The notes under the pieces: generated by a model
Told to the model about the DNA's origin: nothing
Databases searched by the model: none
What the model saw: only the letters and a program-made list of their open reading frames with translations
Translations under genes and position numbers: made by a program
Shown here: positions 30,878 through 40,500 of the stretch, piece after piece
Layout of the letters: each line of letters opens with the position of its first letter
Numbering within the stretch: position 1 is the stretch's first letter
Source of the DNA: an uncultured cyanobacterium
Lineage (GTDB): Bacteria > Cyanobacteriota > Cyanobacteriia > Cyanobacteriales > Nostocaceae
NCBI GenBank assembly: GCA_963706595.1
Contig: OY970166.1
Span: 3,552,001 to 3,616,000 of the forward strand
Length of the DNA: 64,000 bases
Direction of reading: 5' to 3'

Positions 30878-33800
30878 ATGAAATCTCAAGTAAACAGTAA
30901 GCCTAAAATTTTAGTTGTTGACGATGAACCCGACAACCTTGACTTGCTTTATCGCACTTTTTGTCGGGATTATCAGGTGCTGAGAGCCATTTCTGGACCT
31001 GCGGCCCTGGCTATGCTAGCGCAAGAAGGAGATGTCTCAGTGATCATCTCAGATCAGCGAATGCCGATTATGAGTGGGACAGAATTTTTAAGCCTGACAG
31101 CAACTCAATATCCCGATATTATTCGCATTATTCTAACTGGTTACACTGACGTTGAAGACCTAGTGGAGGCAATTAATGCTGGTAAGGTCTTTAAATATGT
31201 CACCAAACCCTGGGAATCAGAGGAACTCAAAGCTGTAGTCCGTCAAGCTCTAGATACTCACAATGTTCTCAAAGCCCGTACCCGCGAACTGACGCGTACC
31301 CTCCGCCAGGAATCACTGCTGAACGCGGTTACAAATACTATTCGCAGCGCCCTAGACTATCGGCAAATTTTACAAGCAATTGTCGATACAGTGGGTCAGA
31401 TGTTGGAGGTGGACGTTTGTCTTTTACGTCCGTTTCAAGATGGACAGTTGGTTAATGAAGGATTTATTTACCAGAAAGTTGCTGAATCGTCTCCCTCATC
31501 CTCTGTTTTGGCTCAAACTGTTTGGGAAACTCGCGAAATTCAGGTAATTTACGATGTAGCAGGTGATGCGCGCATTCAGGGGGAAACACCAGAACTGTGT
31601 CAACGAGTAGAAGCTTTTGCGACAGCAAATATTTGTTCTAGTTTAATTGTACCCCTGATTTGTCAGCAGGAATTGATGGCAGTGCTAGCGCTGCACCAGT
31701 GTGATCAACCCCGCATCTGGGACAAGGATGAGGTACAGCTGATATTAATGGTAGTGGATCAGGCAGCCTTAGCTTTATCTCAAGCCTATGCCTACGAGCA
31801 GGTCCGCGCCCTGGCCCAGAGAGAAGCCTTAATTAATACAATTACGACGGCAATTCGTTCTAGCTTAGACCCGGAAGATATATTTGCGGCTATTACGCAA
31901 CAATTGGGACAAGCCTTACAAGTCGATGGCTGTATGCTGTCTTTATGGGCAGAGGAAGATGAGTTTGTCTATTGTGTGGGCTTGTATGACAGTTCTGAAA
32001 ATTCTCAAAGTTCCCAATCTACCCCGAAGCAAGTTTTAGATAGTCATGTCCTTGTAGAGCCAGAATCACCACAAGCACCGATTAAAAAGAGTCCGATCCT
32101 GCAAGAAATTTTGCGGACACAAGAGCCAGTGGTAATTCATGATATGAGCCATTGTGCTTTAGAAATTCAGGATGTGGATTTGCCTTTGAAAATGCCAGCG
32201 CGATCGCTTATGGTAGTTCCCCTACTGGCTGATGGCAAATGTATTGGTAGTATTACTCTACAACAAAGTAACAAAACACGTAAGTGGTTAGCGTCTGATC
32301 TGGAATTATCCAAAGCAGTAGCAGCGCAGGCGGCGATCGCAGTCCAGCAATCACGCTTGTACCAAAAAACTCGTGACCAAGCCCAGCGCTTGTTACAACT
32401 AGACATTCAAAAAACTGAATTTTTCCAAAATATTTCCCATGAGTTCCGCACTCCCATCACCTTAATTCAAGGGCCTTTAGAGTCGGCGGTGCTGGCTGGG
32501 GAAGGATTATCTCATCAACAAAGTGCGATCGCCCTACGTAACTCCCGCCGCCTATTAAGACTGGTAAACCAATTACTAGATTTGCAACGCCTAGATGCTG
32601 GCAGAATGCAGCCGAGTTTCCGCCCTTGTAATTTAGTTGAATTTGTTAGCCAAATTGTCGAGTCATTCCGTCCCTATGGTGAAAAAAAGGGACTACATCT
32701 AGAAACACAAATGAGCGAATGTCCTCAAGTCTACTTGGACATGGAAAAATTCGACAAAGTGGTTTACAATCTCCTGTCAAATGCCATGAAGTTCACTCCT
32801 GAAGGTGGCACAATCACAGTCAGACTGCAATCTGAAGACAACCATTGCAAATTGCAAGTCAAAGACACAGGAATTGGTATTGTTGCCACACAAATTCCGC
32901 AACTATTTGAGCGTTTTCGCCAAGCAGAAGGTTCAGGAAATCGCTCCTATGAAGGTAGTGGTTTAGGTTTGGCTCTAGTTAAAGAATTAGTAGAAATGCA
33001 CGGAGGCAAAGTCACTGTCAATTCAACTTATGGAAAAGGTACAACCTTCACTCTATGGCTAGTTACTGGTCATTCTCACCTACCCATAGAACAAGTTGTA
33101 GAAACCTCTATCGAATTAAATACGAATCGTGCCAAAGTCGAATTAGCTGATTTAGAACTACTACAAACAAACACAGAAAATATTAATATTGAAAATATTC
33201 CCCAAAATATTCCCGAAAATATATTATCCGATTCAGGTATACAGCACTCTATTTTAGTTGTAGACGACAATCCCGATCTGCGAACTTATGTATCTGATAT
33301 ATTGCGCCGTAAAGGTTATCAAGTTCAAACAGCTCGTAACGGTTATGAAGGATTTAGTAAAACTCAAGAAATTTCACCCAGCTTGATAGTTACTGACTTA
33401 ATGATGCCGATGGTGACAGGATTAGAAATGATTCGGATGATCCGCAGTGAGGAGAATTTAAAAGGAACACCAATCATTTTACTCACAGCCAAAGTAGATG
33501 AAGAAACCCGCATCGAAAGTACAGAACATGGCGCAGATGCTTATTTAGCAAAACCATTTAATGACCGAGAACTTTTGGCAGAAGTTAAAAATCTCTTAGC
33601 CTTAAAAGCAAATGAACGGCGGGTTTTAGAGCTAAATACTTACCTCACAGAATCCGTGCTAAAACGGTTTTTACCGCCTGTATTGGTACAAAAAGCCGCA
33701 GCCGGAACTTTAACCCTAGATTTGCGACCAGAACCGCGCTTGATCACAGTTTTATTTAGTGACATTGTGGGTTTTACCCAGCTATCAAATACTCTTAGAT

Positions 33801-34324
33801 CCCGACGAGTCGCAGAGTTGCTGAATGAATATTTAGAAACTATGACCAAAGTTGTGTTTAGTAATGGCGGTACTGTAGATAAATTTATGGGAGATGCTAT
33901 TTTAGCTTTATACGGAGCGCCGGAAGAACTCACCCCCAACGAACAAGTCCGTCGTGCTATCAGTACAGCCAGAGCCATGCAATCCTCACTAGCGAAGTTA
34001 AACCAGCACTGGCAAGAGCAAGGTATATTTGAAAATCACGGATATGCAGGTGTACAGTTTCGCTGTGGTATCCACCAAGGAACGGCAGTTGTGGGGATGT
34101 TTGGTAGCGCTGAACGTGCTGATTATACAGCTATTGGTCCGAGTGTAAATATTGCAGCGAGGTTGCAGGCGGCGGCTGTTCCCGGTACTATTCTAGTTTC
34201 TGCTGCTGTGGCAGATTATTTACAAGACGATGAAATTACTAAAGGTAGTCCGTTAAAACTTAAAGGCATTGATGAAACAGTTTTAACTTTTGCTGTTAAA
34301 CCAGAAATCATGGCTAATCGTTAA
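30878..34324 (+). CDS. cyaC: Hybrid sensor adenylate cyclase (REC-GAF-GAF-HisKA-HATPase-REC-cyclase)
   Basis: VVDD...SDQRMP, SHEFRTP, GSGLGL, SDIVGFT, DKFMGDA and VNIAARL motifs. Confidence 0.93.
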   Translation: MKSQVNSKPKILVVDDEPDNLDLLYRTFCRDYQVLRAISGPAALAMLAQEGDVSVIISDQRMPIMSGTEFLSLTATQYPDIIRIILTGYTDVEDLVEAINAGKVFKYVTKPWESEELKAVVRQALDTHNVLKARTRELTRTLRQESLLNAVTNTIRSALDYRQILQAIVDTVGQMLEVDVCLLRPFQDGQLVNEGFIYQKVAESSPSSSVLAQTVWETREIQVIYDVAGDARIQGETPELCQRVEAFATANICSSLIVPLICQQELMAVLALHQCDQPRIWDKDEVQLILMVVDQAALALSQAYAYEQVRALAQREALINTITTAIRSSLDPEDIFAAITQQLGQALQVDGCMLSLWAEEDEFVYCVGLYDSSENSQSSQSTPKQVLDSHVLVEPESPQAPIKKSPILQEILRTQEPVVIHDMSHCALEIQDVDLPLKMPARSLMVVPLLADGKCIGSITLQQSNKTRKWLASDLELSKAVAAQAAIAVQQSRLYQKTRDQAQRLLQLDIQKTEFFQNISHEFRTPITLIQGPLESAVLAGEGLSHQQSAIALRNSRRLLRLVNQLLDLQRLDAGRMQPSFRPCNLVEFVSQIVESFRPYGEKKGLHLETQMSECPQVYLDMEKFDKVVYNLLSNAMKFTPEGGTITVRLQSEDNHCKLQVKDTGIGIVATQIPQLFERFRQAEGSGNRSYEGSGLGLALVKELVEMHGGKVTVNSTYGKGTTFTLWLVTGHSHLPIEQVVETSIELNTNRAKVELADLELLQTNTENINIENIPQNIPENILSDSGIQHSILVVDDNPDLRTYVSDILRRKGYQVQTARNGYEGFSKTQEISPSLIVTDLMMPMVTGLEMIRMIRSEENLKGTPIILLTAKVDEETRIESTEHGADAYLAKPFNDRELLAEVKNLLALKANERRVLELNTYLTESVLKRFLPPVLVQKAAAGTLTLDLRPEPRLITVLFSDIVGFTQLSNTLRSRRVAELLNEYLETMTKVVFSNGGTVDKFMGDAILALYGAPEELTPNEQVRRAISTARAMQSSLAKLNQHWQEQGIFENHGYAGVQFRCGIHQGTAVVGMFGSAERADYTAIGPSVNIAARLQAAAVPGTILVSAAVADYLQDDEITKGSPLKLKGIDETVLTFAVKPEIMANR

Positions 34325-34384
34325 GATAGAAACTGGATTTTGCATGCATGAGCAAAATTGCCGAATCATCTTTGGGTTACAAAT

Positions 34385-35653
34385 ATGACATCATCGGTTA
34401 CTGACAAAACACCAATTCCAGCCAATGAACGGAGACGGCACACAGATCCGCCAAGTTTATGGATTGCGATCGCCATAAGTTCAATTTCCTTGCATTTGCT
34501 GGTTTTTTGGTTTATGCGCTCATCTAATGTCTTTAAACCGTGGTTTCCGGAGCAAAACGAAACAATTGTTCCCATTGAATTTATAGAAGTCTCTCCCCCA
34601 GCAGAATCATTAGATAAATCTGTCTTAGAAGCTGAAACAGTCTCTCCTCAACCGTCTGCATCAGCGCCTGTGCCAGAAACTGCTGCACCAACTACACCTA
34701 GCAATCAGGATACTGAGGCAATAAATTCTGATGCTAGTCTCTTTGGTGAACGTGAAATAGCAGCTTCTCAACCTGAAACCCAAGTCTTTCCTGAGAAAAC
34801 AGTTTCAACACCAACCCCAGCACCAACTCCAACCCCAACTCCAACTCCAACCCCAACTCCAACTCCAACCTCAGCACCAGCACCAACTCCAACTCCAACT
34901 ATTCCAGTGGGTGATCTCCCTTGGAACCGTCGTGAGGAAGTTGTATTAGGACAAGGACAGGCACTACCAACAGATATTCCATCTATTCCGTCAGAACTAC
35001 CAAAACTTTCGGAAGCTGAACAAGGCGAAACGGCACGCACTCTGGATGAGGAAATATCATCTACGCCCACTGGGGAAACTGCTAACACTCCAGATGAGGA
35101 AATATCATCTACACCCACTGGGGAAACTGCTAACACTCCAGATGAGGAAGTATTACCTACACCCACCGGGGAAACTGCTAACACTCCAGATGAGGAAGTA
35201 TTACCTACACCCACCGGGGAAACTGCTAACACTCCCGCCAAAGAAGGAGCGCGGGTTACATTTACAGCAGTAAATAGAACTGAAATAGAACAATTGATAC
35301 AAGATGGTAGATTAAGTCCTGATGGTCTACCCGATGTTCTAGCTGAACACATACACAATGGAAGTAACAGCAAAGATATAGACTTAAGTTATATTCCTGG
35401 CGATTCTGGACTTGAGCCTACACAGTTCCTGGTTAGCTTAGTAATTGATAATAATGGTAATTTTCAAAAAGCTGAAGTTTTAGAAATAGCACCAGCGAGA
35501 CTGCAAAGTAACAAAAGCTTGTATGAGCAGGTTGTCAATGATATTTTCATCAACGATAGGTTTTTACCTGCACACAATAACGATGGCACAAAACCAGAGT
35601 TGAGTAATTTGTTTATGCGGATCAATATTCAGCCTGTTAGCAGCAACGAATAA
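34385..35653 (+). CDS. Pro/Thr-rich single-pass membrane protein with TonB-like architecture
   Basis: SISLH TM motif, (PT)n tract and four 16-aa repeats. Confidence 0.7.
   Translation: MTSSVTDKTPIPANERRRHTDPPSLWIAIAISSISLHLLVFWFMRSSNVFKPWFPEQNETIVPIEFIEVSPPAESLDKSVLEAETVSPQPSASAPVPETAAPTTPSNQDTEAINSDASLFGEREIAASQPETQVFPEKTVSTPTPAPTPTPTPTPTPTPTPTSAPAPTPTPTIPVGDLPWNRREEVVLGQGQALPTDIPSIPSELPKLSEAEQGETARTLDEEISSTPTGETANTPDEEISSTPTGETANTPDEEVLPTPTGETANTPDEEVLPTPTGETANTPAKEGARVTFTAVNRTEIEQLIQDGRLSPDGLPDVLAEHIHNGSNSKDIDLSYIPGDSGLEPTQFLVSLVIDNNGNFQKAEVLEIAPARLQSNKSLYEQVVNDIFINDRFLPAHNNDGTKPELSNLFMRINIQPVSSNE
35045..35236 (+). repeat. Four in-frame 48-bp tandem repeats
   Basis: GATGAGGAA(A/G)TAT...GGGGAAACTGCTAACACTCC, four copies. 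Confidence 0.9.
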
Positions 35654-35678
35654 CTAAAGCAATGCAAAATTAAGTGAC

Positions 35679-35802
35679 TAAGTAAGTCGGTGCAGTAAAA
35701 CCAAACTATGTAAACAAAAGTAAATAAGGCTCAAACTCTTTCTCCCCCTGCTCCCTGCCCCCTGCACCCCTGCCTTATTGCAATAATTCGCCGACCTACT
35801 TA
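35679..35802. mobile_element. Probable MITE
   Basis: Imperfect TIRs TAAGTAAGTCGGTG...CGCCGACCTACTTA enclosing CCCCTGC repeats. Confidence 0.55.
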
Positions 35803-35846
35803 CAGGAGGTAGAGAGGACTAAAATCCTCACTACAAACCTTTAATA

Positions 35847-36578
35847 TCAATCACCTTGGGGATGTTCATTCCATAAGGTAGTAGTTTCACGTAAACTTTG
35901 GTGACTACCATTACCCAAAATCAAATGATCTAATAACGGGATGCCCAACAGTTGCGCCCCGGCTAACAATTGACGCGTTAATTCTATATCTTCTTCGCTA
36001 GGTTCTACGTTACCTGAAGGGTGATTATGAGCAATAATTGCCCGTGTGGCTCCTTGACGAATGATTTCTCGGAAAATGTCACGGGGAGATGCTAGGGTTT
36101 CGGTGGCAGTACCAATGGTAATTACTTGGGTTCCCAATAACCGATTTTTGACATCTAATAGCAACACTGCAAAACGTTCTTGAGTTTGCCACATCAGGTC
36201 TTGACTCAGTGCAGCCGCAGCGACAATGGGGTTATCAATGGGTGTACTGTCTGAAGGACGAAATTGAAAGGTGCGTTTACCTAGTTCAATTGCTGCGAGG
36301 ATAGTTGTGGCTTTGGCTGGGCCAATACCAGGAATTTGCATTAATTCCGCCGGGGTGACTTCTCGCAGAACAGCTAAGGGGTCACGTTGATGTTTGCTGA
36401 GTTCCTGTAGCAAATACTGCCCTAATCCCACGGCTGAAAGTTTGCCTGGACCTTGACCAGTGCCTAAAAGTATGGCAATTAACTCAGCCGTGGCTAAAAT
36501 TTTGGGACCGTGGGTCATTAATCGTTCACGCGGACGCTCATCTGTGGGGATATCGGCAATTCTGAGACAATAGGTCAT
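35847..36578 (-). CDS. radC: RadC-family JAB-domain protein
   Basis: RPRERL, GIGPAKA, AHNHPSG and LLDHLI motifs. Confidence 0.96.
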   Translation of the reverse strand: MTYCLRIADIPTDERPRERLMTHGPKILATAELIAILLGTGQGPGKLSAVGLGQYLLQELSKHQRDPLAVLREVTPAELMQIPGIGPAKATTILAAIELGKRTFQFRPSDSTPIDNPIVAAAALSQDLMWQTQERFAVLLLDVKNRLLGTQVITIGTATETLASPRDIFREIIRQGATRAIIAHNHPSGNVEPSEEDIELTRQLLAGAQLLGIPLLDHLILGNGSHQSLRETTTLWNEHPQGD

Positions 36579-36882
36579 AGAATAACTAAGATAAGAGTGA
36601 CTTAGATCGCACTAACTCTAGTTATCCCTTGTTTACTGTGTAAATCATCCTCAGATGAAAAAACTTGGAATTTTTTACTGGTTGCGGGTAAGCTGTTGAG
36701 TATTCAACTTGCACAATTTGGACGGGCAAGATGCCCATCCCACAAGAGTTGTATTTAAAATGTTGTGCAAAATCAAGTTGTTTCAGCACAGATGCGATCG
36801 CACTATTGAACTAATTACGGCGATCGCCTAGCCAGATTATACTTAAATTGAGTATATTTTAAGTATATAAAACAGCATTAAT

Positions 36883-37359
36883 ATGACAGAAAGTATTGAT
36901 AAAACCACCGATTTAACCCAACAGTGGCTAACCGAAATTCAGGCACTCAGGGAACAATTAGCAGAACAGCAAGGCGATCGCGATACAGCTTGGGAAAGCG
37001 CCCAAAAATGGCGTAAACTTTATAACACCGAAGCTGAACAACGGCGCACAGATGCCAATTTAACCCAACAGGCGATCGCATCCCTGAAAGCAGAGATCCA
37101 GCAACTCAAGGGACTCGAATCAGGTACACTCGTAGACGGGAAAGCCACAACAGCCGCCCAACAAGAAATTCAACAAATCCAATCAATAGAAGAATTGCAA
37201 GGCAGACTCATAGCCATTATGAAGGAACGCGATCGCCTCCTGCAAGCCTTAAAAACCGAGCAAGAAAACCACGCCCAAACCCGTAAAAGCCTCACCACCG
37301 CCTTGGGTGATGCCATTGATGGCTTAACACGAGAAAGAGATGGTGTAACGGGGAAGTAG
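36883..37359 (+). CDS. Hypothetical coiled-coil protein
   Basis: 158-aa heptad-rich ORF. Confidence 0.75.
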   Translation: MTESIDKTTDLTQQWLTEIQALREQLAEQQGDRDTAWESAQKWRKLYNTEAEQRRTDANLTQQAIASLKAEIQQLKGLESGTLVDGKATTAAQQEIQQIQSIEELQGRLIAIMKERDRLLQALKTEQENHAQTRKSLTTALGDAIDGLTRERDGVTGK

Positions 37360-37515
37360 GGGAGCAGGGAGAAGCCTTCTCATCCAAAAAGGGTTTCCAG
37401 CCTTAAAAACCGAATTTCACTGTAAATCCTGTTCCCCTCCTCGCTTGCGGGGAGGGGCTAGGGGTGGGGTCTTATGACACAAACGATAATTTACCGACTT
37501 GTGTGTACACCGTAG

Positions 37516-40500
37516 CTACTGACAAATTCCCCTCTCATCCTCACTCAAATTCGAGTTGTGCTGCAAATAATCATCCAACCAAGCGCAACCCCGCACCAGC
37601 AATTCATCTAAACTCTCCACAGGCCACAACCGCGCTGTCCGGTCATCGGATGCGGTGGCGATGGTTTTGCCGTCCGGGCTGAAACTCACACTATTGATTT
37701 CGCCTTGATGCCCTTTGAATTCTTGTAACAGTTGCCCGTTTAGAGTCCACAACCGCGCTGTCCGGTCAGAGGATGCGGTGGCGATGGTTTTGCCGTCCGG
37801 GCTGAAACTCACACTATAGACTATGCCCTGATGCCCTTTGAATTCTTGTAACAGTTGCCCGTCTAGAGTCCACAACCGCGCTGTCCGGTCAGAGGATGCG
37901 GTGGCGATGGTTTTGCCGTCCGGGCTGAAACTCACACTCCAGACCCAACCCTGATGCCCTTTGAATTCTTGTAACAGTTGCCCGTCTAGAGTCCACAACC
38001 ACGCTGTCTGGTCAGAGGATGCGGTGGCGATGGTTTTGCCGTCCGGGCTGAAACTCACACTAATGATTTCGCCCTGATGCCCTTTGAATTCTTGTAACAG
38101 TTGCCCGTCTAGAGTCCACAACCGCGCTGTCTGGTCAGAGGATGCGGTGGCGATGGTTTTGCCGTCCGGGCTGAAACTCACACTCCAGACCCAGCCCTGA
38201 TGCCCTTTGAATTCTTGTAACAGTTGCCCGTCTAGAGTCCACAACCGCGCTGTCTGGTCAGAGGATGCGGTGGCGATGGTTTTGCCGTCCGGGCTGAAAC
38301 TCACACTCCAGACCCAGCCCTGATGCCCTTTGAATTCTTGTAACAGTTGCCCGTCTAGAGTCCACAACCGCGCTGTCTGGTCAAAGGATGCGGTGGCGAT
38401 GGTTTTGCCGTCCGGGCTGAAACTCACACTATTGATTTCGCCTTGATGCCCTTTGAATTCTTGTAACAGTTGCCCGTTTAGAGTCCACAACCGCGCTGTC
38501 CGGTCAGAGGATGCGGTGGCGATGGTTTTGCCGTCCGGGCTGAAACTCACACTATTGATTTCGCCTTGATGCCCTTTGAATTCTTGTAACAGTTGCCCGT
38601 TTAGAGTCCACAACCGCGCTGTCCGGTCAGAGGATGCGGTGGCGATGGTTTTGCCGTCCGGGCTGAAACTCACACTATTGATTTCGCCTTGATGCCCTTT
38701 GAATTCTTGTAACAGTTGCCCGTTTAGAGTCCACAACCGCGCTGTCCGGTCAGAGGATGCGGTGGCGATGGTTTTGCCGTCCGGGCTGAAACTCACACTA
38801 ATGATTTCGCCCTGATGCCCTTTCAATTCTTGTAACAGTTGCCCGTCTAGAGTCCACAACCGCGCTGTCCCGTCAGAGGATGCGGTGGCGATGGTTTTGC
38901 CGTCCGGGCTGAAACTCACACTAATGATTTCGCCCTGATGCCCTTTCAATTCTTGTAACAGTTGCCCGTCTAGAGTCCACAACCGCGCTGTCCGGTCATC
39001 GGATGCGGTGGCGATGGTTTTGCCGTCCGGGCTGAAACTCACACTCCTGACTATGCCCTGATGCCCTTTGAATTCTTGTAACATTTGCCCGTCTAGAGTC
39101 CACAACCGCGCTGTCCCGTCAGAGGATGCGGTGGCGATGGTTTTGCCGTCCGGGCTGAAACTCACACTCCTGACTATGCCCTGATGCCCTTTGAATTCTT
39201 GTAACAGTTGCCCGTTTAGAGTCCACAACCGCGCTGTCCCGTCAGAGGATGCGGTGGCGATGGTTTTGCCGTCCGGGCTGAAACTCACACTAAAGACCCT
39301 GCCCTGATGCCCATGAAATTGGTTACGTTCTTTAATATCACTCAGAATAGTATGCAACGCATAAATCGGGCTAATAGCTGGGTATTCATCCAGAGGGCGA
39401 TTATCTTTAACTAAAGTTTTCAACTCTTTACCAGTTTTGACTGCTGTTACTAGCCCTTCTAATGGGGTAAATTCAAACTGTCTAATCGCATTAACTCCCG
39501 CCCGTTCTAATTCTGTTCCCTTTTGCGCTTCTTGTTGGGCTGCTTGCGCTAATTGTGCAGCTTGCTTTGCTGTTTGTTGGGCTTCTTGCGCCTGTTTCAG
39601 AGTAATTTCTGCCTGTGCAACTTGAGACTCCGCTTGCTGTTGTTGTTGCTGTGCTTGTTGCGCTTTCTCATCAGCCGTTCTCACTCTCTCCGTAGCCGTT
39701 TTAATTCTGGCTTCCGCTTCGGCATTTTTCTTTTCTAATGCTGCGGCTTGCTGATTTACCTTCTCTAAGTCTGTTTTAGCAGCAGCTAGGTTTTGGGTAG
39801 CTTTGATATTTTCTTTTTGTGCGTCCTTAAACTTTGCTTCTGCGTCCTTACTTTTAATTTCTAAATCTCGCGCTGTTCTTTGTAATTCTGCCTGTTTTCT
39901 TTCCGTCTCTTGCAAATTTTGAGTTGTTCGCCGATAATCACCTTCAGTTTTGGTTAATTTTCGTTCTGCTTGTTGTTGATTTTCATTAGCTTTACTGGCT
40001 GTACCAACTTGAATCACTGCATAAACAGAAGCCATCCCTGAAACTATTAATAAAAACACTGATAAACGAGAACTTATCTTAAACCGTTTCTGCCCTTCCC
40101 TAATCTTTGCTTCAGCTTCCTGGTTAGCAGCAGCTAATATTTTCTTAGCTTCTTGTTCCTGTTTTAACTGCTCTTCAGCTAGAGCTAATTTAGCTAATAA
40201 TTCATTATCCTGTTGTTGTCGCACAAAAGAAACCAAATAATCATGCACCAACTGATACCTATCAGCCGGGGATTCTGGTAATAGCAACACCAAACCAGAT
40301 TGCACAAAAATATCTAATATCAAATCTAATCTATCAGTTTCTGCTGCTAACTTTGCTGTCAACTCAGCCCTAGTTTTCAAAGGACGAGTGCCATTTTCAT
40401 CTGTGAGTAAATATAAAATCAATCTCGCAGCGCGTTCATTTTCTGCCCCACAATCTTTAATAACCGATTCTAAAAATCCTTCAACCAGATTTTCTTTAGT

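Noticed and set aside
37620..39320. Diversity-generating retroelement target
   Set aside because: No reverse transcriptase or template repeat in the window, and the variation is not confined to adenines.
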